From IMG/VR virus record IMGVR_UViG_3300042564_004235: DNA of 64,000 nucleotides. One strand, given 5' to 3'. Under the pieces are notes generated by a model, which was given only the letters and a program-made list of their open reading frames with translations, searched no databases and was not told the DNA's origin. The position numbers and the translations under genes were made by a program. Shown one piece after another: positions 34,076 through 42,877 of this stretch (its first letter is position 1; each line of letters starts with the position of its first letter). Origin of the DNA: a virus (taxonomy: Duplodnaviria; Heunggongvirae; Uroviricota; Caudoviricetes).

Positions 34076-34225
34076 ATGGAAAAAGTAATTGAAGTAAATT
34101 TAGGAATTGGAATGAATATGTTATTCCCTGAAACAGTAAAGATCGTTATTGAAGACGATACAGATGATGAAACAACTAAAAAACCAAGTAAGGTTAAACC
34201 GGAAATAGAAATAGAAAAGGAGTAG
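34076..34225 (+). CDS. small acidic ORF (49 aa), speculative
   Basis: Hand translation MEKVIEVNLGIGMNMLFPETVKIVIEDDTDDETTKKPSKVKPEIEIEKE. Confidence 0.25.
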   Translation: MEKVIEVNLGIGMNMLFPETVKIVIEDDTDDETTKKPSKVKPEIEIEKE

Positions 34226-34302
34226 GGGTTTACCCTATATTTTAACAAAAAAACTTTTTTAATCAAAATAAATTGTTTAAGTTTGTATAAAAAAGATAGA
34301 AA

Positions 34303-35028
34303 ATGAAAAACATACATTTATTACCAACAGAAAAACCAAGTAGGTTAACTAAACCTGGTGGGAGTTCATCCATTAAACTTTATACTAATGGATTAACTAA
34401 CACACCAAAAGGACATTGTAAGAATTATCATTTATACATCACTTCTAACGAAGAAATTAAAGAAGGAGATTATGGATTAATTGGAAAAGAAGTTGGTAAA
34501 ATTATATTAACTGAAGATGGGTATGAATTTTTAATTGGCAAAGGAGTTTCTTATGAATATGGAGATTATCATTCTTTGCAAAAAGTTTGTAAAAAAATCA
34601 TCCTGACAACAGACCAAGATTTAATCGCAGATGGTGTACAAGCTATTGATGATGAGTTCTTAGAATGGTTTGTTAAGAATCCAAGTTGTGAGTTTGTTGA
34701 AATTAGAAAATATCATAGTGGTATTTTAAGTGATATTACCGAAATTACTTCTTCTCTAAAAATCATCATTCCACAAGAAGAACCTAAACAAGAAACACTT
34801 GAAGAGTATTCTAATGGACTTTACAAACAAAGTTTAAAAGATGATGTAGATTTAACATTTAGTGATGGTGTTAAATTAGGTGCTAAATGGCAATCTGAAA
34901 GAATGTATAGTGAGGAAGAACTAAAAAATGCAATTGAAATATCTGTAGCTAAAGCACTTGGTGTAATGAGCTTTACAATAAATGAAGAATCGTTTGAACA
35001 ATTTAAAAAGAAGTACCATATAAAATGA
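34303..35028 (+). CDS. hypothetical protein
   Basis: 241-aa ORF. Confidence 0.5.
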   Translation: MKNIHLLPTEKPSRLTKPGGSSSIKLYTNGLTNTPKGHCKNYHLYITSNEEIKEGDYGLIGKEVGKIILTEDGYEFLIGKGVSYEYGDYHSLQKVCKKIILTTDQDLIADGVQAIDDEFLEWFVKNPSCEFVEIRKYHSGILSDITEITSSLKIIIPQEEPKQETLEEYSNGLYKQSLKDDVDLTFSDGVKLGAKWQSERMYSEEELKNAIEISVAKALGVMSFTINEESFEQFKKKYHIK

Positions 35029-35269
35029 TTGACTGATGAAAAAAATTTACATATTTTTTTGGTGGTTATGGAATTATCCTGAAATAGTGTGGATGAAATT
35101 CAAATCAAAATTTAAGAGATGACAAATAAAATGAAAGAGTTTCTTGATAAAGTGGATAAAATTTGTTATGAATATCGTTATGAAATAAAACCCACCCATC
35201 CTGTTCCAGATGATGAATATCCCACTTTAACAATTATAGGTGATGGTGAAACGGTAAAGTTAATATACA

Positions 35270-35755
35270 TTGACGGAGAGGGAATTGGTATTAAATAGTA
35301 AAACAAAGATGAAAAACATTAAAGAACTTACTGAAGACGAAGCAAAAGATATTTTAAAATTTGTCTATCCAAATGAGAAATATTATTGGTTTAAAAAATT
35401 ATCATTTGAACCGGTTATTACTGAAGATGGTAAACAACAAATAACATTTGATGGTCGGTCAATTATAGGTATTGAATTTCACGATGGTCAGGACAATTGC
35501 ATATTACATTTTGATAATTCCAAAGTGGTTTTATGGTTACATAAAAATGGTTATGATATTACAGAATTACTTGAAACAAATTCTTACCTTAGCCAAATGG
35601 AAAAAGATTTTGAAAACTTCGCATTTGCAATTGAATGGATATCAAAAGGTGAAGAAGGATTTAAAGATGGTTTTAAACAAAATTGGACATTGGAATATGT
35701 TACAAAAAAATGTAGAGAATTATTAGACAAATACTACTATAAAGATTATGAGTGA
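35270..35755 (+). CDS. hypothetical protein
   Basis: 161-aa ORF. Confidence 0.45.
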   Translation: MTERELVLNSKTKMKNIKELTEDEAKDILKFVYPNEKYYWFKKLSFEPVITEDGKQQITFDGRSIIGIEFHDGQDNCILHFDNSKVVLWLHKNGYDITELLETNSYLSQMEKDFENFAFAIEWISKGEEGFKDGFKQNWTLEYVTKKCRELLDKYYYKDYE

Positions 35756-35975
35756 ACAAATTAAAATAGAACTTTCCTTTACTATGGAGGAAATGGAGAA
35801 CTTCCTTTTATACAACTACCCAACAAACTATCACTGGAAAGACAGGGTTAAAAAAGACGTAATGGTGTGGGGTAACGATATTGTTGTTGAAGACATAAAA
35901 GAAGAATTTGTTAAGTGTTTCAAGGAAACATTATTGAGTCAAAGACTTAATTCAAGACCATCAATATACAAATAA
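35748..35975 (+). CDS. hypothetical small protein
   Basis: 75-aa ORF. Confidence 0.4.
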   Translation: MSEQIKIELSFTMEEMENFLLYNYPTNYHWKDRVKKDVMVWGNDIVVEDIKEEFVKCFKETLLSQRLNSRPSIYK

Positions 35976-35982
35976 AACAAAG

Positions 35983-36501
35983 ATGAATAAAGAAACAAAG
36001 TTTAAAGTGGGAGACAAGGCTCACAAACCAAAAGGTTATAAATTTCCTTGCACAATTGTAGGTGTATTTGAAACAATTGCTGGTGAAGTTCGGGTGATTG
36101 GTGAAATGGATGAATACGGATTATTACACATCTTTAACGAAAATCAATTGGAACATTATGGTAAAAACGAACCAGACTTATTGAATGAGGCTTATATGGG
36201 TTATTACTGGATAATGGGGGATAAAATTAAATTAACACAAAATGAATTTATCAACAAATGTAAAACAGATCTGGAGTTCTCTGAAAGGTGGGGATTAACC
36301 ATTGAAGAACGAGAGTTGAGTGATGATGAAAGGTTTAGAATTGCTTACAAAAATTTAGATTTAAGAAAGGAATTAGAAGCGCAAAGTAAAATGTTACACT
36401 ATCCTGATGGTCATAATAAAGCTATGGATGAAGCAAACATCCCAACCAAATTAATCACAATAACATACAACGATAAAACAATAGAAAGTTATGAGCAATG
36501 A
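35983..36501 (+). CDS. paralog-array protein P1 (SERWGL motif plus C-terminal IPTKLITITYNDKTIESYE)
   Basis: Contains TDLEFSERWGLTIEERELS and the conserved 19-aa C-terminus. Stop overlaps the start of the next gene. Confidence 0.55.
   Translation: MNKETKFKVGDKAHKPKGYKFPCTIVGVFETIAGEVRVIGEMDEYGLLHIFNENQLEHYGKNEPDLLNEAYMGYYWIMGDKIKLTQNEFINKCKTDLEFSERWGLTIEERELSDDERFRIAYKNLDLRKELEAQSKMLHYPDGHNKAMDEANIPTKLITITYNDKTIESYEQ
36441..36498. repeat. junction cassette J1 (~58 bp, conserved at DNA level)
   Basis: cccaaccaaattaatcacaataacatacaacgataaaacaatagaaagttatgagcaatg. About 90% identical to J2, J3, J5 and J6. Confidence 0.6.
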
Positions 36502-36742
36502 TAAAACAAAATGGGAAGACATAAATTTCCCAAGAGTTAAAAATATACAAGCAAAAACACTAGCTGATAGCATTGAAGGAATTCCAACAAAAGACATGCC
36601 AAAACGTATGGCAGAAATGTATACGTCAGTATTTAAACACGCATTAGAAACAATAAACAAAGAACTAAATGAAATACGTGGCGTTGAAGGTAAAGAAGAT
36701 AGAGTTAAATACCTTGAAGAACTTTTAGCAGCGTGGTCATAA
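36491..36742 (+). CDS. hypothetical small protein (array interstitial gene)
   Basis: 83-aa ORF starting inside junction cassette J1. Confidence 0.4.
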   Translation: MSNDKTKWEDINFPRVKNIQAKTLADSIEGIPTKDMPKRMAEMYTSVFKHALETINKELNEIRGVEGKEDRVKYLEELLAAWS

Positions 36743-36755
36743 AAAATTGAAAGTT

Positions 36756-37145
36756 ATGAATAAAGAACAACAAGAATTATTGGGTGAGGCTTATAAGGCA
36801 TTTGAAAAGTGGTACAACGAACATTCAGGTAAGGAAGATTATACAGGTTACTTTGTCCCGGACAAAGAAGAATTTATTAGACTAATCAAAACAGATGATC
36901 TGTTTTCTGAAAGGTGGGGATTAAAAATTGAAGAACGAAAGTTGAATTTAGATGAACGAGCTAAACTCCACCCAAATCCTGAAAATTTCTATGATATTCA
37001 CGGAACATTTTCAATTAGTAATAGTATTGAAGATAGTAACTTTCCAGATAAAGATTGGTTACACGAACAATTTGATAAACACAATATCCCAACCAAACTA
37101 ATCACAATAACGTACAACGATAAAACAATTGAAAGCTATGAGTAA
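36756..37145 (+). CDS. paralog-array protein P3
   Basis: ATG 36756 (MNKEQQELL); the track start at 36747 is a TTG. Contains DDLFSERWGLKIEERKLN and the C-terminal NIPTKLITITYNDKTIESYE. Confidence 0.55.
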   Translation: MNKEQQELLGEAYKAFEKWYNEHSGKEDYTGYFVPDKEEFIRLIKTDDLFSERWGLKIEERKLNLDERAKLHPNPENFYDIHGTFSISNSIEDSNFPDKDWLHEQFDKHNIPTKLITITYNDKTIESYE

Positions 37146-37146
37146 A
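37088..37146. repeat. junction cassette J2
   Basis: cccaaccaaactaatcacaataacgtacaacgataaaacaattgaaagctatgagtaa. Confidence 0.6.
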
Positions 37147-37335
37147 CAAGAATACGAACTTGCAGTGGGTATGTACCAACAATACCAAAAAGATGTTGCT
37201 ATAGTAGGAAATCCTATGAACATTTATCAAGTAAAAACATTACAACTGCTTGAAAAAAACTTTAAAGATAAACAAATAATTGAACCAAAATGGTATCAAA
37301 AATTAATAGGAGCATTTAAAAATAGAAAGTTATGA
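37129..37335 (+). CDS. hypothetical small protein
   Basis: 68-aa ORF starting in J2 (MKAMSKQEYEL). Confidence 0.4.
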   Translation: MKAMSKQEYELAVGMYQQYQKDVAIVGNPMNIYQVKTLQLLEKNFKDKQIIEPKWYQKLIGAFKNRKL

Positions 37336-37589
37336 ATAACGAATTATCGGTTAAAGACATTAAATACGGGTTGATAGTCGTTGATCCAACGCAAGAAAGT
37401 GAAATGATGGACATCCTACATTTTGTCGGTTACTGGACTGAACCAACCAAAAATGACGCTAATTTATTGAGAGAGGAACTAATGACTGATGAAGAATTTG
37501 GACTGACGGAAATTGCTCACCGACTTGATATTCTACCCGCACCTGATTATATTGTTAAAGAATATATTAAAGACCTCGACGATGAATAA
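37332..37589 (+). CDS. hypothetical small acidic protein
   Basis: 85-aa ORF. Confidence 0.4.
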   Translation: MNNELSVKDIKYGLIVVDPTQESEMMDILHFVGYWTEPTKNDANLLREELMTDEEFGLTEIAHRLDILPAPDYIVKEYIKDLDDE

Positions 37590-37935
37590 AGAACAACAAG
37601 AAATAATTGATGAAGCTTACGAGAATTATTGTAAAGAATACGAAAATGGTACTCATTTAATAGGTACTGGCTTATTATGGATGGCAAAAGAAACTAAAGG
37701 AACGTTTGTCTATAGAAGCAAAACCGATCTTGAGTTCTCTGAAAAGTGGGGACTAAAGATTGAGGAGCGAGATTTGAGTTTCGAAGAAAGACAAGAAAGA
37801 TGCCCTGTATGGACAAAAGATTCTTATGGAATGGATGGCGAATTAAGGTCTCCTATTACAATAGATTGGGATAAAACTCCAACAAAACTAATCACAATAA
37901 CATACAACGATAAAACAATTGAAAGTTATGAATAA
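37582..37935 (+). CDS. paralog-array protein P6
   Basis: ATG 37582 (MNKEQQEIIDEAYENY). Contains TDLEFSEKWGLKIEERDLS and the C-terminal TPTKLITITYNDKTIESYE. Confidence 0.55.
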   Translation: MNKEQQEIIDEAYENYCKEYENGTHLIGTGLLWMAKETKGTFVYRSKTDLEFSEKWGLKIEERDLSFEERQERCPVWTKDSYGMDGELRSPITIDWDKTPTKLITITYNDKTIESYE

Positions 37936-37936
37936 A
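37877..37936. repeat. junction cassette J3
   Basis: ctccaacaaaactaatcacaataacatacaacgataaaacaattgaaagttatgaataaag. Confidence 0.6.
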
Positions 37937-38131
37937 GATGTATACGATTGGATGAAGCAATGGTCAGACCTTGTTAATAAAGAAATACCACAAGAAGATT
38001 TTTGGATTGAAACACCTGTTGGTAGATTTAAGAATCCTAAATTTATACCAGAAGAAAGTGAATTTGATAATGAAATCAACATTACTATCAAGTATGATGA
38101 GTGGGATAAAACAATTGAAAGTTATGAGTAA
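37928..38131 (+). CDS. paralog-array short member (C-terminal DKTIESYE only)
   Basis: MNKDVYDWMKQW ... YDEWDKTIESYE. Keeps only the 3' half of the cassette (J4, 38105-38131). Confidence 0.45.
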   Translation: MNKDVYDWMKQWSDLVNKEIPQEDFWIETPVGRFKNPKFIPEESEFDNEINITIKYDEWDKTIESYE

Positions 38132-38516
38132 AGAACAGGAAAAATTGGTGGATGAGGCTTATAATAATTTTATTAAGAAAACTAAAGGTTTAAATCTTTT
38201 TTTAGAAGTCAATAAAGATATTGTAGCGGTAGAAGGACCTGTTTACAACGCACATCCAAAATTATTAACACAAGAAGAGTTCATCAACAAAATCAAAACA
38301 GATGATGAGTTCGCTAAAAAGTGGGGATTAAAAATTGAAGAACGAGAGTTGAGTTTGGAAGAAAGGTATAAAATAGCCCTCCCAATATGGAAAGAAAAAT
38401 ACGGTCTTTTAGCTAATATGATGGTTCCTACTAATGTAGATAACACACCTTATAAAATCCCAACCAAACTAACCACAATAACATACAACGACAAAACAAT
38501 AGAAAGTTATGAATGA
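38124..38516 (+). CDS. paralog-array protein P8
   Basis: ATG 38124 (MSKEQEKLVDEAY). Contains DDEFAKKWGLKIEERELS and the C-terminal IPTKLTTITYNDKTIESYE. Confidence 0.55.
   Translation: MSKEQEKLVDEAYNNFIKKTKGLNLFLEVNKDIVAVEGPVYNAHPKLLTQEEFINKIKTDDEFAKKWGLKIEERELSLEERYKIALPIWKEKYGLLANMMVPTNVDNTPYKIPTKLTTITYNDKTIESYE
38459..38516. repeat. junction cassette J5
   Basis: cccaaccaaactaaccacaataacatacaacgacaaaacaatagaaagttatgaatgaa. Confidence 0.6.
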
Positions 38517-38850
38517 AATTGAAACAATACAAGAAACGATAACTAGGTTTATCAATAAGGGTGTGTATCAAACTAAAATAATACCAACTGAATCACCTTC
38601 TGTCGTTATTTGGTCAAAGACACGAAAATGTCTTGTAGGTGGTAAAGACCAACCAAATTCACTTGAAGTGATAGATGATGGTAATGGTAATTTATCACTT
38701 GGTATTGATAACAATATCTTTATCTCTTTACAAAACAGAAGTGAATTATCCGAATCTGATGTGAAAGAAATAAATGAATCCGAAGGGATTATAGTTACAA
38801 ACGCAACATATGGCAAACCTTATTTTAGATATGGATTTATACCAAACTAA
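38509..38850 (+). CDS. hypothetical protein (array interstitial gene)
   Basis: 113-aa ORF (MNEIETIQET...). Its 3' end runs into the decayed cassette J6. Confidence 0.45.
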   Translation: MNEIETIQETITRFINKGVYQTKIIPTESPSVVIWSKTRKCLVGGKDQPNSLEVIDDGNGNLSLGIDNNIFISLQNRSELSESDVKEINESEGIIVTNATYGKPYFRYGFIPN

Positions 38851-38895
38851 TCACAATAAAATGCAACGACAAAAAAATTGAAAGTTATGAATAAA
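38841..38895. repeat. junction cassette J6 (decayed; reading frame broken)
   Basis: ataccaaactaatcacaataaaatgcaacgacaaaaaaattgaaagttatgaataaag. Stops interrupt the ancestral ...PTKLITI..NDKKIESYE frame, but nucleotide identity is kept. Its ATG serves the thyA-family gene. Confidence 0.55.
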
Positions 38896-39717
38896 GCCGA
38901 TAAATATTATATCCAAAATCTATCAAATATTATGTCAGATGGATCTTGGGATGAAAATCCAAGACCAAAGTATTCTGATGGAACACCGTCACATTCAAAG
39001 TTTATAACACAAGTATTTGAAGAATATGACATATCAAAAGGCGAGTTTCCAATCCCAACATTAAGAAATACCGCAATTAAAATTGGTATTAAAGAAATTT
39101 TATGGATATACCAAAAACAAACTTCATCACTTGATGTTGCTCGTGAGATGGGTATTAACTGGTGGGAAGAATGGAATATTGGAGATAATAGTATTGGTCA
39201 GAGATATGGCGCAACAATCAAAAGATATGATTTGATGAATAAACTACTTGATGGATTAGTTAATGATCCATTTGGTAGAAGGCATATTATTAGTATGTAT
39301 CAATATGTTGATTTAGAAGAAACAAATGGTTTATTTCCTTGTGCTTATGAAATACTCTGTTCGGTTAGAAAAGTTGATAAAGATAAGGTTTTGGATATGA
39401 CGTTGGTCCAAAGATCAAACGATTATTTGGTTGCGGGTTATATTAATAAAGTGCAATATTTGGCTTTACAAATGATGGTTGCGGGACATTGTGGTTATAA
39501 AGTTGGTAAGTTCTGTCATTTAGTCCAAAACCTTCATATATATGATAGACATTTTGATGGTGTTTCAGAACTATTAAACAAGGAACCATTAGACACACAA
39601 CCAAAGTTAATTTTAAAGGAAAATAAAAACTTCTACGACTATACAATTGATGATTTTGAGATTACCGGTATTGACGGTATAACTAAAATAAATTCAAAAT
39701 TAGAGTTGGCAATTTAA
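38887..39717 (+). CDS. thymidylate synthase-family enzyme (ThyA or dNMP hydroxymethylase-like)
   Basis: FGRRHIISMYQY (like SRRxIxSAWNP), nucleophile context LFPCAYEI (like PCH.F.QF), TLVQRSNDYLVAGYINKVQY (like LYQRS.D..LG.PFNIASY) and NLHIYDRH (like DAHIYxNH). ATG 38887; the track start at 38878 is a TTG. Confidence 0.65.
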   Translation: MNKADKYYIQNLSNIMSDGSWDENPRPKYSDGTPSHSKFITQVFEEYDISKGEFPIPTLRNTAIKIGIKEILWIYQKQTSSLDVAREMGINWWEEWNIGDNSIGQRYGATIKRYDLMNKLLDGLVNDPFGRRHIISMYQYVDLEETNGLFPCAYEILCSVRKVDKDKVLDMTLVQRSNDYLVAGYINKVQYLALQMMVAGHCGYKVGKFCHLVQNLHIYDRHFDGVSELLNKEPLDTQPKLILKENKNFYDYTIDDFEITGIDGITKINSKLELAI

Positions 39718-39765
39718 ACTTTTTTGGTTTTAATAGATATTTATATGGTAAGGAGGTAATACCAT

Positions 39766-40518
39766 ATGATTATTTATAAGACAACAAATTTAGTAAACCA
39801 AAAATTTTATGTGGGTAAGGACACAAATAATAACCCTAACTATTATGGTTCAGGTAAAAGGTTAAAACTGGCAATTAAAAAATACGGAATTGTGAACTTC
39901 AAAAAAGAAACTTTAGAAGTTTGTAACACACTAGAGTTACTTAATGAAAGAGAAAAATTTTGGATTAAAGAATTAAAAGCAATCACTGAAGGTTATAATA
40001 TTTCGTTAGGTGGTGATGGTGGCGATACTATAAGTAATAATCCAAGAAGGGATGATATAAGATTGGAACATAGTAGAAAAATGAAATCACCAAAACACAA
40101 TAAGAAGAAAGGAACTAAAATTATAAAATTAAAAAAAAGAGACGATCCCGATTGGGTTAACCCACGAAAAGGTAAAGTTGGCCCAATAAAAGGTAGACCA
40201 AACGGAAAAAAAGGCATACCAAACCCGGAACACTCAAAATGGATGAAAGAAAACAACCCGTTCAAAGGGAAAACACATACACCAGAAGTGGTCCAAAAAA
40301 TAAAAGAAGTAAATTCAAAACCTAAAAGTGAAGAGCATAAACGAAAAATATCAGAAACGTTAAAGGGAAATAAACCAGGTAATATGAGAAAAGTTATTGT
40401 TGATGGTATTGAGTATGAAAGTTTAAGTGAAGGTGCGAGACAAATTGGTATACCGACATCAACTATAAAAAATAGATTAAAATCACCAAAGTTTGAAAAT
40501 TACAAATATAAAGAGTAA
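39766..40518 (+). CDS. GIY-YIG homing endonuclease with NUMOD3-like C-terminal repeats
   Basis: MIIYKTTNLVNQKFYVGKD...YYGSGKRLKLAIKKYG (GIY...YIG). C-terminal repeats EHSRKMKSPKHNKKKG, EHSKWMKENNPFKGKTHTPE and EHKRKISETLKGNKPGN. Confidence 0.8.
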   Translation: MIIYKTTNLVNQKFYVGKDTNNNPNYYGSGKRLKLAIKKYGIVNFKKETLEVCNTLELLNEREKFWIKELKAITEGYNISLGGDGGDTISNNPRRDDIRLEHSRKMKSPKHNKKKGTKIIKLKKRDDPDWVNPRKGKVGPIKGRPNGKKGIPNPEHSKWMKENNPFKGKTHTPEVVQKIKEVNSKPKSEEHKRKISETLKGNKPGNMRKVIVDGIEYESLSEGARQIGIPTSTIKNRLKSPKFENYKYKE

Positions 40519-40525
40519 ATTAATT

Positions 40526-40774
40526 ATGATACACCAAATAAAAACCTTTGATGATAAGACCCTTGTGGAACTGAAAATTATTGATCACGGAACAGAATTT
40601 TATACTTCAAACGAACTTTCCGTTCTTAAACAAAAAATTATGGATGCAAACCAGGAACACGGTTTACAATTTGAGAATGACTTCTCATATTTAAATGGAA
40701 TTAAAGAAGAAACAATAAACGATAAATTCACTGAGATAAGTGAAAGATGGGGATTAACCTACGAAAAAGTGTAA
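40526..40774 (+). CDS. hypothetical small protein
   Basis: ATG 40526 (MIHQIKTFDD) avoids overlap with the GIY-YIG 3' end. Confidence 0.4.
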   Translation: MIHQIKTFDDKTLVELKIIDHGTEFYTSNELSVLKQKIMDANQEHGLQFENDFSYLNGIKEETINDKFTEISERWGLTYEKV

Positions 40775-40989
40775 CTATGAAAGAACTATCAAATAGACAT
40801 ATGAACACACTTAAAAACACATTTCCTGACCTTGAAATTCAAAAGGAAGTTGAACCACAAACACAACTTGATGAACTAAACGACTATTTGAGGTTATTGG
40901 CTGATATGGATAATATTGGTATTAGAAGAAAACTTTTTCTTCTTGAGGGATATATGAATAAAGTTATAAGTCAATTAAAAAATAAATAA
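40747..40989 (+). CDS. hypothetical small protein
   Basis: 80-aa ORF. Confidence 0.4.
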   Translation: MGINLRKSVTMKELSNRHMNTLKNTFPDLEIQKEVEPQTQLDELNDYLRLLADMDNIGIRRKLFLLEGYMNKVISQLKNK

Positions 40990-40990
40990 T

Positions 40991-41497
40991 ATGAGCGAAA
41001 AACAAACGTATGATTATGGATGTGTGATGTTGTATTTTGATTTTCCTGAAATCAAAAACCTACATTCATTAATTGATGAAGAAGATATATACACCGAAGA
41101 TGGTGATAGAAGTTTTGGTTTAGAAGATGAACCACACACAACATTACTTTATGGATTGCATGATGATGTGACAGAAGATGATGTTAGAGATGTTGTTAAT
41201 GGTTTTGATTATGTAACTTGTAGAATCACAAATCCATCTTTATTTGAAAATGAAAACTATGATGTTTTAAAATTTGATGCGAGTGGGCCAAACCTACACG
41301 AAACAAATTTTGAACTAAAAAATTATCCACACACGACATCTTTTCCTAACTACCATCCACATTTAACTATCGGTTATTTAAAACCAGGTATGGGTAAAAA
41401 ATATGTAAATAAACTAAAAGGATTACAGTTTAAATTGGATCCGACCCATGTTGTTTATTCTATGGCAAATGGGGATCAAATAAATTATGATTTATGA
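40991..41497 (+). CDS. 2H phosphoesterase superfamily protein (LigT/Acb1-like)
   Basis: Two H-x-T-x motifs (EPHTTLLYGL and HPHLTIGYL) ~75 aa apart, in a 168-aa protein. Confidence 0.6.
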   Translation: MSEKQTYDYGCVMLYFDFPEIKNLHSLIDEEDIYTEDGDRSFGLEDEPHTTLLYGLHDDVTEDDVRDVVNGFDYVTCRITNPSLFENENYDVLKFDASGPNLHETNFELKNYPHTTSFPNYHPHLTIGYLKPGMGKKYVNKLKGLQFKLDPTHVVYSMANGDQINYDL

Positions 41498-41754
41498 AAT
41501 ACAGAAAAAAACCAGTAGAAATTGATGCGATACAATGGGTATCCGATAACATTGAACAAGTGTATGAAATGTTAGGTGATAATCTAATAATAAATACAGA
41601 TGAAGATAAAGATGAGGTAAAACATTTCATTAACACATTGGAAGGTAAAATGGAGATGTCTTGGGGTGACTACATAATCAAAGGAGTTAAGGGCGAATTT
41701 TATCCGTGTCGTGAGGATATATTTTTATTAACTTATGAAAAATGCGTTGATTAA
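41494..41754 (+). CDS. hypothetical small protein
   Basis: 86-aa ORF. Confidence 0.4.
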   Translation: MKYRKKPVEIDAIQWVSDNIEQVYEMLGDNLIINTDEDKDEVKHFINTLEGKMEMSWGDYIIKGVKGEFYPCREDIFLLTYEKCVD

Positions 41755-41797
41755 TATTTTATGGTGTTTATTTTACTTATAAACCAAAAAATAAAAG

Positions 41798-42562
41798 ATG
41801 CCGTTTAAAGACAAAGAAAAATTAAAAGAGTGGAGAAGAAAATGGTGGTCATCATTAAATCCTGAAAGAAAAAAAGAAAAACAAGAAAAGGCAAACAATA
41901 GATCTAAAAAAATAAAACAGTTTCTTGCTGAATATAAAATAGAAATAGGATGTGTGGATTGTGGTTATAATATCCACCATGCGGCATTAGATTTTGATCA
42001 TATCACAAATGATAAATCATTTAATGTTTGTTTTGCAAAAAGTATTACACAGGCTAAAAAAGAAATTAAAAAATGTGAAGTAGTTTGTGCTAATTGTCAT
42101 AGAATAAGAACATATAATAGAATACAAAAAAATAAAATTATGAAAACAAAAGTATATTCAGCATTTCCTGGTGTAGGGAAAACAACTTATTTTAACACCA
42201 CAGATAAAAACGTATTGGACAGCGATAGTTCAAAGTTTGATAAGAAACTATTTCCTGCAAACTATATTGAACATATTGAAAGAAACATCCAAGACCCAAA
42301 GGTTGATATGATCCTTGTATCATCACATAAAGACGTTAGAGACGCACTTCTTAAAAAAGGAATACCTTACGTATTGGTTTATCCACAAAGAGACATCAAA
42401 GATGAGTATATCCAAAGATATAAAGATAGAGGAAACAACGACGCGTTTGTTGACTTATTGAATAAAAATTGGGATAATTGGATGGATGAGATGGACAGTC
42501 AAGAAGGTTGTGAAAAAGTAACACTTGGTCCTGGTCAATATTTAGCTGACGTAATAAATTAA
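41798..42562 (+). CDS. HNH endonuclease domain fused in-frame to a P-loop kinase-like domain
   Basis: N-terminal HNH (CVDCGYNIHHAALDFDHITNDKS...CEVVCANCHRIRTYN). Internal Met then Walker A MKTKVYSAFPGVGKTTYFN and VLDSD. Confidence 0.55.
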   Translation: MPFKDKEKLKEWRRKWWSSLNPERKKEKQEKANNRSKKIKQFLAEYKIEIGCVDCGYNIHHAALDFDHITNDKSFNVCFAKSITQAKKEIKKCEVVCANCHRIRTYNRIQKNKIMKTKVYSAFPGVGKTTYFNTTDKNVLDSDSSKFDKKLFPANYIEHIERNIQDPKVDMILVSSHKDVRDALLKKGIPYVLVYPQRDIKDEYIQRYKDRGNNDAFVDLLNKNWDNWMDEMDSQEGCEKVTLGPGQYLADVIN

Positions 42563-42639
42563 GATATGAAAAGATTATTTAAATACCTTGCTTGGTTAGA
42601 GCAAGAAAGAATTAAAGCGATGTCACAATCCGGTAGAGG

Positions 42640-42876
42640 ATGGGGATAAAACGTATTCACGTTAATCAACATAATGTTAGGTCCAATAAAACAAAGGACA
42701 CCGATCTTCCTGTAATAACAATTAAGGAAGGTAAGACCAATACGTACTGTAACGAAGTGGAGATACTTGGACCAAGTAAAATAAAGTATTGTGGTAGTGG
42801 AGATAAAAAACCATTATTACCTTGTGGTGCTAGAGTAGTAATAGAAACAGAGAGTGAAATTAAAATAATAAGTTAA
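42640..42876 (+). CDS. hypothetical small protein
   Basis: 78-aa ORF. Confidence 0.4.
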   Translation: MGIKRIHVNQHNVRSNKTKDTDLPVITIKEGKTNTYCNEVEILGPSKIKYCGSGDKKPLLPCGARVVIETESEIKIIS

Positions 42877-42877
42877 C

